Virus record (IMG/VR): IMGVR_UViG_3300025168_000074
Coordinates: 4,084 to 68,083 of that record
Length of the DNA stretch: 64,000 nucleotides
Source: a virus
Strand: one strand, 5' to 3'
Each line of letters starts with the position of its first letter. Positions within the stretch are counted from its first letter, which is position 1. The notes beneath the pieces are model-generated. The model ran no database searches. It saw only the letters and a list, made by a program, of their open reading frames with translations, and had not been told where the DNA came from. Below are positions 48,623 to 57,964 of this stretch, piece after piece. Both the position numbers and the translations under genes were made by a program.

Positions 48623-50230
48623 ATGTTAAATGAAAAATTTGCAACGTCCCTTTGTGAGAAGTGGGAGCCAATTCTGGAGGGTATCACAGACGAATCAACA
48701 CGTCAGATGACTGCCGTTCTTCTAGAGAACCAAGCCAAGAGTATTCTTTCTGAGAATTCTCATGACCATGGTACTCTTGAAGAAGCAACAACCGTGGGTA
48801 ACCTCGGAACTTTCCAAAAGTTTGCTTTCCCTCTCGTTCGGCGGGTTTTCCCGCAACTAATCGCCAACAAGATTTGTGGCGTACAGCCAATGCAAGGTCC
48901 TGTTTCTCAGATTTTCTATCTAGGTTACAACCGTGCAGGTGTAGCCCAAGATGGAACTTCTCGTGGTGAAGTAGTTTACTCCAAGTACCGTATGGTATAT
49001 GGCGGTAATATCGCTCAATCGCAGAACAACATCGGCTCACTGGATTCACTAGCGGGTAAAGCAGCTTCAGGTAACTTCAGTTACTCATCGGATGCTGGTT
49101 CTTCTATGGGTTTGTCTGCTGTAACAACTATGGGTTCTGGTACTGCTGGTGGTAAGATTGCCGCATTCCCGAATGAAGACATACTCGCTGCTCAATACTT
49201 TGTATCAGCTGGTGAGCGTCTATCAGCCTCAGCTATCCCTGAAGTTAACTTCACAATTGAACAACAAGCTGTAACAGCACGTACTCGTAAGTTCCGCGCC
49301 CTATGGACGTTGGAAGCTTCACAAGACCTTCGTGCTTACCACAACTTGGACCTAGAGCGTGAATTGACTGAGCTTCTTTCTAAAGAAGTAGCTTTGGAGA
49401 TTGACCGTGAATTGGTTGAATCAATCCGTTCGTTGGCATATGACATCCCTGCAAATACAGGTGGTAGCCCGACTTTCGGTCCCAACAACTGGGACCAAGG
49501 CAATGCAAACAGCTTCGGTAACAGTCTAGAAGGAGGTCCTCAAGGGTCTTTTGATTACGCACAACCTTTTGGTGCAAATAACGCTGAACCGGGTGTTCCT
49601 GGTCAGCCAGGCTCTAACCTAGGTGGTCAAGCAGCAATGCCTGGAGAGACTAACGGTTCAAACGTGTTCTTCGTTGACTTCGGAACTACAGCTCTAGGGC
49701 TTGCTCCTCGTCACGTAGGTGAGGTTTACGCCAACTTGGTTGCCGTAGTTAACTTCGCTGCACAAGATATCTATCGCACAACTCTACGCGGTGCTGGTAA
49801 CTGGATTGTATGTTCACCTTTGGTGGCTGCTATGCTCCAGTCTGCTGCAAAGCTAGAGGGTGGTGTTGACCCTAACGAAGCAGGTCAGTTAGGTGCTACT
49901 ATTGAATACAAAGGTAAGTGGATGGGTGCTTACGACGTTTACGTCGACCCTCTATACCCTGAAGATGAATTGATGGTTGGTTACAAAGGCGCTTCGCCTA
50001 TGGATGCCGGTTTCGTGTACTCACCGTACATTCCGCTCCAAATGCTACCAACAATCACGGACCCAGAGACGTTCCAGCCACGTAAAGGTTTGATTACTCG
50101 TTATGCGACTACTCAAATTAACCCGGCTTCACGTTTCTACCGTATCATCCGTATCGTAGGTGCTGACAGTCGTTACTTGACAACTCCGTTCCAGAAAGCT
50201 GGCGGCGGTACAACAAACACTGCTTACTAA
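48623..50230 (+). CDS. Major capsid protein (T4 gp23-like)
   Basis: KW..ILEG, AVLLENQ, PLVRRVFP.LIA..ICGVQPM.GP, ARTRKFRA.WT.E..QDLRAYH, EIDRE, YSPYIPL, FQPRKGLITRY. Confidence 0.97.
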   Translation: MLNEKFATSLCEKWEPILEGITDESTRQMTAVLLENQAKSILSENSHDHGTLEEATTVGNLGTFQKFAFPLVRRVFPQLIANKICGVQPMQGPVSQIFYLGYNRAGVAQDGTSRGEVVYSKYRMVYGGNIAQSQNNIGSLDSLAGKAASGNFSYSSDAGSSMGLSAVTTMGSGTAGGKIAAFPNEDILAAQYFVSAGERLSASAIPEVNFTIEQQAVTARTRKFRALWTLEASQDLRAYHNLDLERELTELLSKEVALEIDRELVESIRSLAYDIPANTGGSPTFGPNNWDQGNANSFGNSLEGGPQGSFDYAQPFGANNAEPGVPGQPGSNLGGQAAMPGETNGSNVFFVDFGTTALGLAPRHVGEVYANLVAVVNFAAQDIYRTTLRGAGNWIVCSPLVAAMLQSAAKLEGGVDPNEAGQLGATIEYKGKWMGAYDVYVDPLYPEDELMVGYKGASPMDAGFVYSPYIPLQMLPTITDPETFQPRKGLITRYATTQINPASRFYRIIRIVGADSRYLTTPFQKAGGGTTNTAY

Positions 50231-50250
50231 CAATAGTTAGCAGATTAATA

Positions 50251-50284
50251 AAGGAAGCCCAGCTAGTTTTAGCTGGGCTTCTTC
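50251..50284 (+). terminator. Stem-loop after major capsid gene (probable terminator)
   Basis: GAAGCCCAGCTA-GTTT-TAGCTGGGCTTC, 12 bp stem; U-tract weak. Confidence 0.75.
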
Positions 50285-50300
50285 CATATATAATAGTATA

Positions 50301-51182
50301 ATGGCACAGTACCCAGGAAAACCAAACTTTGTGTGGGGTCCGTTCGATACGGTTAGAGAAGGAGCGGGCGCTAACGAAAGTAATTTTGTAGCACCCTCTG
50401 GAGATATCCCGTACGATTCCCTAAACCGTAGATTCTTCAGCGACACCGTGGAGTTCAATCGCTTTTACACGACCATCCATGATTTTGTAAAGGCTCGTTT
50501 AGGGCATCCAGTAGTTAGAGTGGAGTTAGCTGATTTTCAAATCCTTACTGCTATTGATGAAGCGATTAGTAAATTAGATTACCATGCACCTGACTGGTGT
50601 TCCCAGTTAGCCGCATTCTCTACGTCGGCTGGCATTAACATGTACGAATTACCTTCTTACATGATTAATAATTTCAAGTATGCAGCGTACAAGAAGACCT
50701 TGTTAAGTATCCCTATGGCAGGTCAATCCCTTGAACAAGACTTTTTCATTAAATACTTTCAAGACCAATTTTTGTTTCAAGACTTCTCTGTAGGCGACTT
50801 CCTCTTAATGAAGATGCATCTTAAGCAGATGCGTAAAATCTTGGGTCGCGATGGGTCGATGTCAGTAGTAAATAACAAGTACTTGGTAATAGCACCCACT
50901 CCCACCGCTAACGATGCCCAGGACGTAGTGATTGAGTATAAAGCACTAAACTCCGATACGCTACACCATTACTTTATTTCTTGGATTCAAAGATTTACAT
51001 TAGCAATATGTAAAGGAATTCTAGGAGGGATTCGAGGTAAGTACGCAGATTTACCTTCTCCTCAAGGAGGAGCTCGCTTAAACGGCGCGTCTTTAATACA
51101 GGAGTCTGAGCGTGAAATGGCTCTTCTCGAAGAGCAATTGCTTCAAGAGATTGAAGAGCCAGCAAGCTTCTCTACTTACTAA
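50301..51182 (+). CDS. Neck/head completion protein (gp13-like)
   Basis: RLGHPVVRVEL...QI..AIDEA, K.ILG.IRGKY..LP.P.GG..LNG. Confidence 0.88.
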   Translation: MAQYPGKPNFVWGPFDTVREGAGANESNFVAPSGDIPYDSLNRRFFSDTVEFNRFYTTIHDFVKARLGHPVVRVELADFQILTAIDEAISKLDYHAPDWCSQLAAFSTSAGINMYELPSYMINNFKYAAYKKTLLSIPMAGQSLEQDFFIKYFQDQFLFQDFSVGDFLLMKMHLKQMRKILGRDGSMSVVNNKYLVIAPTPTANDAQDVVIEYKALNSDTLHHYFISWIQRFTLAICKGILGGIRGKYADLPSPQGGARLNGASLIQESEREMALLEEQLLQEIEEPASFSTY

Positions 51183-52018
51183 TGGTCCTTGTATCTGGCA
51201 CTCCGTTTGATAACTATCCGCATAATGTGCCGGATGGTACTAAATCCATTAAATATAACGGTAAACGTATTTCTAATAAATTTACAATTAAAAAGCAGCT
51301 CTTTGAAAGAGAAAATAAAAATTTTAGAAGTTTAGAGTTTTACCGCGCTACTTCTAAGGAATTACTGGGGTTGTTAAGTACCGGGCAGATACTAGGAACA
51401 GATAATAAGATTGCTCAAGTACAAACCTTTTACGCTAACTATGAAAGAGCGATTGCAATGTTATTCAAGACACGAAACCTAACATTGCCTTTAATGACGT
51501 TAGCTATTAGCGATACTAAAGAGGACTTAGACCGTAGGCGCCCGGATTTCGACATAGAATACTGGACTGTTCAAAATAAGGAAACTCGTAGGCACACCCG
51601 AGTAGCCTCCCTCTCCCCAAAAGCAGTTAAAATATCTTACACTTTAAACCTATGGACAAGGTACGTAGAAGATATGAACCAATTGTTAGAATATGTGCTA
51701 CAGTTGTTCCGCCCTCATTTACGAGTAGAGACTAATTTCATGACGAATGCTTGTGCGTTTATCACAGCTGTATCTGACAACTCAACCCTAGCTGCTACTG
51801 ATAGACAGGACAGGGTAATAAGAAAAACTGTTACTTTTGAGGTTGAAACTTATATGCCGACTAGACAATATCAAATACAGTCTAACGGGGACATCGTAGA
51901 TTTGAACTACGATATCTCCATAGAGCCAGAAGGGACGCTTAACCTCCCTAATCTAAACGCATCTGCCACGGAGAGCATGACTCTGTACCCTTTGTCATCT
52001 ACCAACGACGCAACATAA
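51182..52018 (+). CDS. Tail terminator/sheath stabiliser (gp15-like)
   Basis: LTLPLM, P..V.ISYTLNLWTRYVEDMNQLLE..L..F.P, RVIRKTVTFEVETY. Confidence 0.8.
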   Translation: MVLVSGTPFDNYPHNVPDGTKSIKYNGKRISNKFTIKKQLFERENKNFRSLEFYRATSKELLGLLSTGQILGTDNKIAQVQTFYANYERAIAMLFKTRNLTLPLMTLAISDTKEDLDRRRPDFDIEYWTVQNKETRRHTRVASLSPKAVKISYTLNLWTRYVEDMNQLLEYVLQLFRPHLRVETNFMTNACAFITAVSDNSTLAATDRQDRVIRKTVTFEVETYMPTRQYQIQSNGDIVDLNYDISIEPEGTLNLPNLNASATESMTLYPLSSTNDAT

Positions 52019-52082
52019 AAAAAATAATTAGAGCATTTTCCTAGAAGTATCCCTCTAAATACTATAGGAAGAGAAATTTATT

Positions 52083-52265
52083 ATGACTTCAAAAACAGCA
52101 ACAATTATCAACATAGCATCTCAAGATTTAGAGATAGTGCTTAAGTCAGGACGTCAGTTCGAACACATCTGTTTGCAATCTGGACAAAATATTTCGGTTC
52201 CTAGAAAATCCATCACTGATTTGTGCTTGGAACTTCAGCGGAGACAGCTTCTTCAAATTCTTTAA
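52083..52265 (+). CDS. Small hypothetical protein upstream of tail sheath
   Basis: 60 aa, CTAAATA at 52055 upstream. Confidence 0.7.
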   Translation: MTSKTATIINIASQDLEIVLKSGRQFEHICLQSGQNISVPRKSITDLCLELQRRQLLQIL

Positions 52266-52280
52266 AAATAAAACTTAATT

Positions 52281-54641
52281 ATGGCTAATTTCATTTCCCC
52301 AGGTGTTTACACAATCGAAAAGGACGTATCTGATTACGCTCCAACAGTAAGCCCTTCTATTGTAGGTCTTGTTGGCTTCGCGTCTCAAGGTCCAACAGAC
52401 ACCCCAACACTTTTAACATCCCCTGCAGACCTACTTCGTACCTTTGGTACACCTGATTTGGTAACTGGAGGTCAAGGCATTTATGGTGCTTTGGAAATCC
52501 TACAAAAAACAAACCAAGTTTACTATGTCCGTGCTGCTACAACAAGTGCCTCAACAGCTAAAGGCTCTGGTAAGTTAGCGCAATGCCCTAACACGAGAAT
52601 CGCAGTTGACAAGATGGACCATAACTTAGTTTATCGTTTTGACACCCGCACTTTTGATGCTAACGGAGCACAATACGGAGAGACATCTCAGTCCTACGCA
52701 TACCGCGAACGTCCTTACGTGTCCGGGACACAGGACAACTTTATGCCAACTACCCCAGCTGCGAGCTGGACGACCAACGACTGGAACAATGCGATTGCTG
52801 CTGGTGTAGGTGATGTCTTTGACGCGCAAACAGGAAATGTTGGTTACATACCAAGTGGTGCAGGCGGAACAAGTGGCTTGTTTACTTCTAGACTGCCAGG
52901 TGCTACAGCATCAACCGCCTCCCGTTTAGAAACTACGATATACTACTCTTCAGGAGTATCTGCTGCCGGTACTTACACAGGAACCTATCTCTCATCTACT
53001 CCTATTGATGTTACAGATTTAACTTTCTACAAGGCTGCTGACGCGACTCCAGGTCACGTAACTAACGCAGTGTTCGATATACTTCAAGCACCAAGTGGTA
53101 CGAATGATGTGTATCTAACAGCATCTTCGGTACTTACAGGAGCTAATAACTTGGCTTCTAGTGGTTTGACGTTCCTGCCAAAGCAAGCAGCAGGTGCGTA
53201 CCTACTCGAATCCCTTTACCCAGGTCTAGGGTATAACTACTCTGCTATTAACTACCAAGGCGGTCTTCAATACCGAGGTCTTCAAGCAAGTATTAACAAC
53301 TTTGTTGATGGAACATTCGCACTGAATATTGCTGACGGTGGAGGTACAGAAGAGACTTACACTATGCAAATGACCAAGCCTACGAGCACGGTAAACGCAA
53401 TCAGCCTCTACCCAGAAGATGTACTTAATAAAGGTAACGATAACGCAGTATCTCAATACGTTAAAGGAAACTTTTACAAGTTCAATAACGCGACATACCC
53501 TGTATCAGGCACAGTATCTGCCGTAACGTCTTGGACAGCCCCAACATCTTGGGGTGGAAACTTCAACTTCGGTACGATAGCTGTTAATAATGCCGTGAGC
53601 ATTCTTGCGGGCGGTAATGCTACAATCCCAACTACCCTACCGACGCCAAGCACAAACACTAACTTCCGTGCTGTAACCTTGATTCAAGACTACAAAGACT
53701 TCTCTCAAGGAGCCAACGGCGATGCTTCTGATTATGGCGGCAATATGTCGGACACAACTGTTCGAGCTGCTATCATAGGAAACACAGGAAATAAGAGCGG
53801 TCTCCACGCTTTAGACCAAGAGGATGTTCCGGTAACAATCGCAGCTGTCCCAGGTGTAACAGACCAGAACGTACAAAACTCTCTAATCTCTTTAGCTGAA
53901 ACTACACAAAACTTCCTAGGTGTAGTATCTCCTCCAGTAGGATTTAGAAGCTCCCAGCAAGCAATCCAATGGACTAACGGCAAAGGAACAGGCAGAACTG
54001 CTGCTATCAACAGTAGTTACGGCAGTGTATATTGGCCATGGGTAAAAATGTTCGATGGCTTTACAGGCAAGGACCTTTGGATGGACCCATCTATTTTCGC
54101 TATCGGGCAAATGTGTTACACTGACGAAGTAGCTGACCCTTGGTTTGCTCCAGCGGGTCTACGCCGTGGTCGTCTAACTAAACCAGTTGATGTTGAGGTA
54201 AAACTTAACCAAGGTGATAGAGACGCGCTATACGGTCCAGGAAACGTTATAAACCCAATCACTAAATTTACAAGTGATGGCATCGTAATCTACGGTCAAC
54301 GCACAGCTCAACGAGCTGCTACCGCTCTTGACCGCATCAACGTTCGTCGTATGATGATTTTCCTTCGCCGTCTAGTATTACAGTCTACTCGCCGTTTCGT
54401 ATTCGAACCTAACGACCCTATCACATGGGAACAGATTCGTAACATCCTATCACCTGCACTTGGTGATATCCAACAACGTCGCGGAATCACAGCCTACAAG
54501 GTTGTCTGTGACGAAACTACCAACACCCCACTACGCATCGACCGCAATGAGCTTTGGTGCAAGGTGATTATCAAGCCTACGAAGACTGCTGAAATGCTTA
54601 TCTTTGAGCTTAACCTCACAAATCAATCAGCTAGTGTATAA
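52281..54641 (+). CDS. Tail sheath protein (gp18-like)
   Basis: SPGVYTIEKD.S, YWPWV, PWFAPAGLRRG, INPI, YGQRT, LDRINVRR, FEPND. Confidence 0.97.
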   Translation: MANFISPGVYTIEKDVSDYAPTVSPSIVGLVGFASQGPTDTPTLLTSPADLLRTFGTPDLVTGGQGIYGALEILQKTNQVYYVRAATTSASTAKGSGKLAQCPNTRIAVDKMDHNLVYRFDTRTFDANGAQYGETSQSYAYRERPYVSGTQDNFMPTTPAASWTTNDWNNAIAAGVGDVFDAQTGNVGYIPSGAGGTSGLFTSRLPGATASTASRLETTIYYSSGVSAAGTYTGTYLSSTPIDVTDLTFYKAADATPGHVTNAVFDILQAPSGTNDVYLTASSVLTGANNLASSGLTFLPKQAAGAYLLESLYPGLGYNYSAINYQGGLQYRGLQASINNFVDGTFALNIADGGGTEETYTMQMTKPTSTVNAISLYPEDVLNKGNDNAVSQYVKGNFYKFNNATYPVSGTVSAVTSWTAPTSWGGNFNFGTIAVNNAVSILAGGNATIPTTLPTPSTNTNFRAVTLIQDYKDFSQGANGDASDYGGNMSDTTVRAAIIGNTGNKSGLHALDQEDVPVTIAAVPGVTDQNVQNSLISLAETTQNFLGVVSPPVGFRSSQQAIQWTNGKGTGRTAAINSSYGSVYWPWVKMFDGFTGKDLWMDPSIFAIGQMCYTDEVADPWFAPAGLRRGRLTKPVDVEVKLNQGDRDALYGPGNVINPITKFTSDGIVIYGQRTAQRAATALDRINVRRMMIFLRRLVLQSTRRFVFEPNDPITWEQIRNILSPALGDIQQRRGITAYKVVCDETTNTPLRIDRNELWCKVIIKPTKTAEMLIFELNLTNQSASV

Positions 54642-54670
54642 CACTATATAAAGTACAGGAAAACTTAATT

Positions 54671-55342
54671 ATGGCAGACGGCAAATTTTATGTAGACAAC
54701 GCGGTAAATCTCTTAGCAGATACACCGCGCCTATCTCACGCTCTTGAATCATTCCGCGCATACAGTTGGGAGATTCAAATCCCACAGTTCGCGGGTGTTC
54801 TGAGCCAAGTTCCAGGACTGGAAAACAATGACCGACTAACGTTGGCATGTAAAAAGATTACTCAACCAGGCTTTACTGTTGAAGATATCGAAGTACATCG
54901 TGTTAATGAAAAGTTTTACTACCCAGGTAAGCCTTCTCCAGATAACATTACAGTTACTTTCGACAACCTCATCAAAGGCGATGTAGCTGATGCTTTGTTT
55001 GCGTGGATGAGAAGTGTGTACGACCCAGTATACGGAATTCACTACGCAGGTCTAGGCAATGGTACAAGCGATGTAAACCAAAGCCCTGAAGGTTTAGCGG
55101 GTCTTACCCAAGCACCTATCTTTAAACGCACAGTAACCATCTGGCAGCTAGACGCTCACCGTAACCCAGTTACGCACGTGAACCTATATGGCTGTTACCC
55201 TAAAGGTTGGAAGCTAGGAGAGTTTAACTACGAGACTAACGATTTCCATACAATTGAGATGGACCTTCGTTACGACTTCGCAGTACAGTTCACTGAAACA
55301 TCGGATATTGACCCAGTCATGTCTCCGATAGCAGTAAGCTAA
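54671..55342 (+). CDS. Tail tube protein (gp19-like)
   Basis: Follows sheath; P.F.VEDIEV, YYPGK, ITVTFD, W...VYDP, LYGCYP, L.YD. Confidence 0.88.
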   Translation: MADGKFYVDNAVNLLADTPRLSHALESFRAYSWEIQIPQFAGVLSQVPGLENNDRLTLACKKITQPGFTVEDIEVHRVNEKFYYPGKPSPDNITVTFDNLIKGDVADALFAWMRSVYDPVYGIHYAGLGNGTSDVNQSPEGLAGLTQAPIFKRTVTIWQLDAHRNPVTHVNLYGCYPKGWKLGEFNYETNDFHTIEMDLRYDFAVQFTETSDIDPVMSPIAVS

Positions 55343-55366
55343 TAAAGATAAATTAAAATTTTTTAA

Positions 55367-55400
55367 GGCTTCTCTAGTAAATACTAGGGAAGTCTACTTT
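55367..55400 (+). terminator. Stem-loop after tail tube gene
   Basis: GGCTTCTCTAGT-AAAT-ACTAGGGAAGTC with G-U pairs, followed by TACTTT. Confidence 0.6.
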
Positions 55401-55408
55401 AATATAAT

Positions 55409-57964
55409 ATGGATAATTTCACTACCTTCACCGACGCATACCTCAACACAGGAAACACTATGATGTTGTCTGAGATAAAGATTGATGATAATAATGTCGC
55501 TGCTTACGCTAGAGGGTTTTCCCCTATGACAGCCGAGGAAGTCGGTCAGCTTGCTACACTCAATATGGCACAGGAAGGAGTGAAACCCTCTGTAGACGCG
55601 GTGGCAAACCCAGGTAAACCCTATCGGACCGCAAAGGACCCAGCAGACGCGGAGGCAACGTTCGAGGTCGCGTATGGTCAAAAGGAAGGAAAAGGGGTGT
55701 ATGGTAAAGCTGGCGCCAAGTTCTTTGTGACTGACGAAGCAGGGTGGAAAGCCGTTATAGCTTATTATCAAGAGAACACCGACCAACTTCAGGATGAAAC
55801 CGGAGAAGAAGGGGGTGGGGGTGATACCACAACCAAGGTAGAGGTTGGCATGGACCCCAATGGTCCACCTGAGGAAAACGAAAAGCTTCTACGCGCTGAA
55901 TCCGCCGCGATTTGTAAGGAGATGGAGACAGCCTGTACGACTTTTACTAAAAAGGTAGATGGCAAGCTAGACCGTAGCCAGATACCAGAAAAAGCACAGA
56001 AAAACATGGGCTGTGACGAACCTTCGAAGACTAAGATGTGTAACGATATGCTCGGTCTCAACGCCCAGGGTCGTATGACAAAGTTCGCTAATCAAGGATG
56101 TGAGACAGCTCAAGAATGTATAGATAATGCCAGGGCTATTATGCAACAGAGAATTGAGCTGTACAAGCTGAGTGATGCAATACTGGAAACCGGCTTTAAA
56201 GTGGAAAGTCTTAATTCAGCCCAGCTGGAACTTCTCTCCTGCGTTAAAATGAGAGGTACGGGGCAATCACGCGGCGTCTGGATTTCAGGAGGGAAAGGGT
56301 GTGACGGGGTTATAGCTGCGCTTGCCACTGGCGAAGGTCTTACTGGAGACGAAAGATACGGTATTATGGTGGGAAACCAAAACACTGCGCTTTGGCGTGC
56401 AATGAAAGCTGCTCAAGACCAAAAAGTAATGACTGGAGAAGGTGAAGAAAAACAAAATATTATTACTCAAGGCACGGATGAGAGCGGTTTAATAAATTGG
56501 TATAACGCTACCTTTGGAAGAATAAACGAAAAATTACTCACATTTGCAATGTGTCTTGCACATTCACCGGGCGGAGTTTTGAAAGGGGAACAAAAGAAGT
56601 GCGCAGCAGACGCAGTCCGCGATATTGTCTCCGAGCTAGGGGGTAATGCAGGTTTCCAGAAAATGTACGAGATGGTAGGGGAAAAGTTAGACGACCCTGA
56701 ATCCGAATTCGAATACGGGAGCATTGTGGATAAAGGTGCAGATGCAAAAGCTGCAGAGGTAGTTGAATGGGCGAATGAGAACGGTATCGATTTAGGGGAC
56801 GATGAAGAGAGAGCTCTTAAAATTATATCTTACCTATTAGTGCAAGGTGTTAATAGATGGGAGGCTGTGGCTTCGCAGATGCCTGAAGGTAGCGAAGTGA
56901 TTCAGGTGGGCGCTTCGAAAGTTGGGGTTGACCCAGAAGGTAACGTAGATAACGCTGATTCCGTTGTTAAAATGCCAGGAGGTCCTAAAGAGGAAGAGAA
57001 ATTCTTAGATAGTATAACAACCGAGCCTTTGTACACAGTCACAGAAGAACAATGTCCTGGTCGTGATGACGGAGAAGGGATGGGTATCTCTACAAAAGAA
57101 TCCACAACCGATACCGGGAAGATGGCAGCAGGAAGCCGCGGGGTTACCAAGACTCAGTCAGAAGAAGCAGGTCTCGCTCGAGATAAGGCGAAGTGCTTTG
57201 CCGGTGCGGTCTGTGAAAACCACAAAAAGGCAGGAGAGGATTGTGGTTTAGAAGAAGGGTGGGAGGATAACGAAGCAGAGTACCGTCAAGGGCTTGAAGA
57301 TAAAGTGGATACCTCTATGAATGCTTTAGCTGAAATGGACCAGTCCACTCTGGACTCCCTTCAACAAGACAACAACTCTAAAATGTCCTTCTCAGACGCT
57401 CAGAACCAGAAAGGGTATTGGGACGACGTAGCTGCCTGGAAGAAGGAAAAGAACCCTGAGATAAAGAAAAACTTGGAATCCCAGCTAAGAAACAGGATGA
57501 CGATAGCCTCTCAAGCAAAGGACTTCGAGGATGATGTGCCTGGCTGCCGCGAAAAGCTTATGATAGATGCTTTGTACACTGGAGGCTCTACTAGAGACCA
57601 AGCATACGTACAAACCTCTCAAAGCAATGAGACCCGTGCAGCTCGTGAAAGCGATATTATTGGTCCTGCAGCAATGGCGTTTGTACAGAGTTCAAAAGAA
57701 GAGGTTAATTTTTCCCAAGGAAGTGTTACCATTAAAGACGTAGGAAGCTTTACCCTTCGCGTAAAAGGTATGAATGAGGATGGAACTGGAGGAAGCAACA
57801 AACAGTTCTTTAATATAGACAAGTCGTTCGTTAAGGACCATACTAGACCTTTAGAGAAAGGAGCCAGTTCTGTGGGTAACTCAAGTATGAAAGCCGAAGA
57901 CTTCGTTAGAAAGCTCCAAGAACTCTTTCAAGGGATAAATGAAATACTTCCCGTCAAGGACTAA
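55409..57964 (+). CDS. Large acidic, Cys-rich hypothetical protein
   Basis: 851 aa ORF; no confident family; possible E...D...SxK nuclease-like motif. Confidence 0.7.
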   Translation: MDNFTTFTDAYLNTGNTMMLSEIKIDDNNVAAYARGFSPMTAEEVGQLATLNMAQEGVKPSVDAVANPGKPYRTAKDPADAEATFEVAYGQKEGKGVYGKAGAKFFVTDEAGWKAVIAYYQENTDQLQDETGEEGGGGDTTTKVEVGMDPNGPPEENEKLLRAESAAICKEMETACTTFTKKVDGKLDRSQIPEKAQKNMGCDEPSKTKMCNDMLGLNAQGRMTKFANQGCETAQECIDNARAIMQQRIELYKLSDAILETGFKVESLNSAQLELLSCVKMRGTGQSRGVWISGGKGCDGVIAALATGEGLTGDERYGIMVGNQNTALWRAMKAAQDQKVMTGEGEEKQNIITQGTDESGLINWYNATFGRINEKLLTFAMCLAHSPGGVLKGEQKKCAADAVRDIVSELGGNAGFQKMYEMVGEKLDDPESEFEYGSIVDKGADAKAAEVVEWANENGIDLGDDEERALKIISYLLVQGVNRWEAVASQMPEGSEVIQVGASKVGVDPEGNVDNADSVVKMPGGPKEEEKFLDSITTEPLYTVTEEQCPGRDDGEGMGISTKESTTDTGKMAAGSRGVTKTQSEEAGLARDKAKCFAGAVCENHKKAGEDCGLEEGWEDNEAEYRQGLEDKVDTSMNALAEMDQSTLDSLQQDNNSKMSFSDAQNQKGYWDDVAAWKKEKNPEIKKNLESQLRNRMTIASQAKDFEDDVPGCREKLMIDALYTGGSTRDQAYVQTSQSNETRAARESDIIGPAAMAFVQSSKEEVNFSQGSVTIKDVGSFTLRVKGMNEDGTGGSNKQFFNIDKSFVKDHTRPLEKGASSVGNSSMKAEDFVRKLQELFQGINEILPVKD

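Noticed and set aside
1110-54673. Host assignment from SD-less A-rich leaders (AAACTTAATT-ATG)
   Set aside because: Several genes do have clear SD sequences (AAGGAGG, GGAGG, AGGAG), so the signal is mixed and does not identify a phylum
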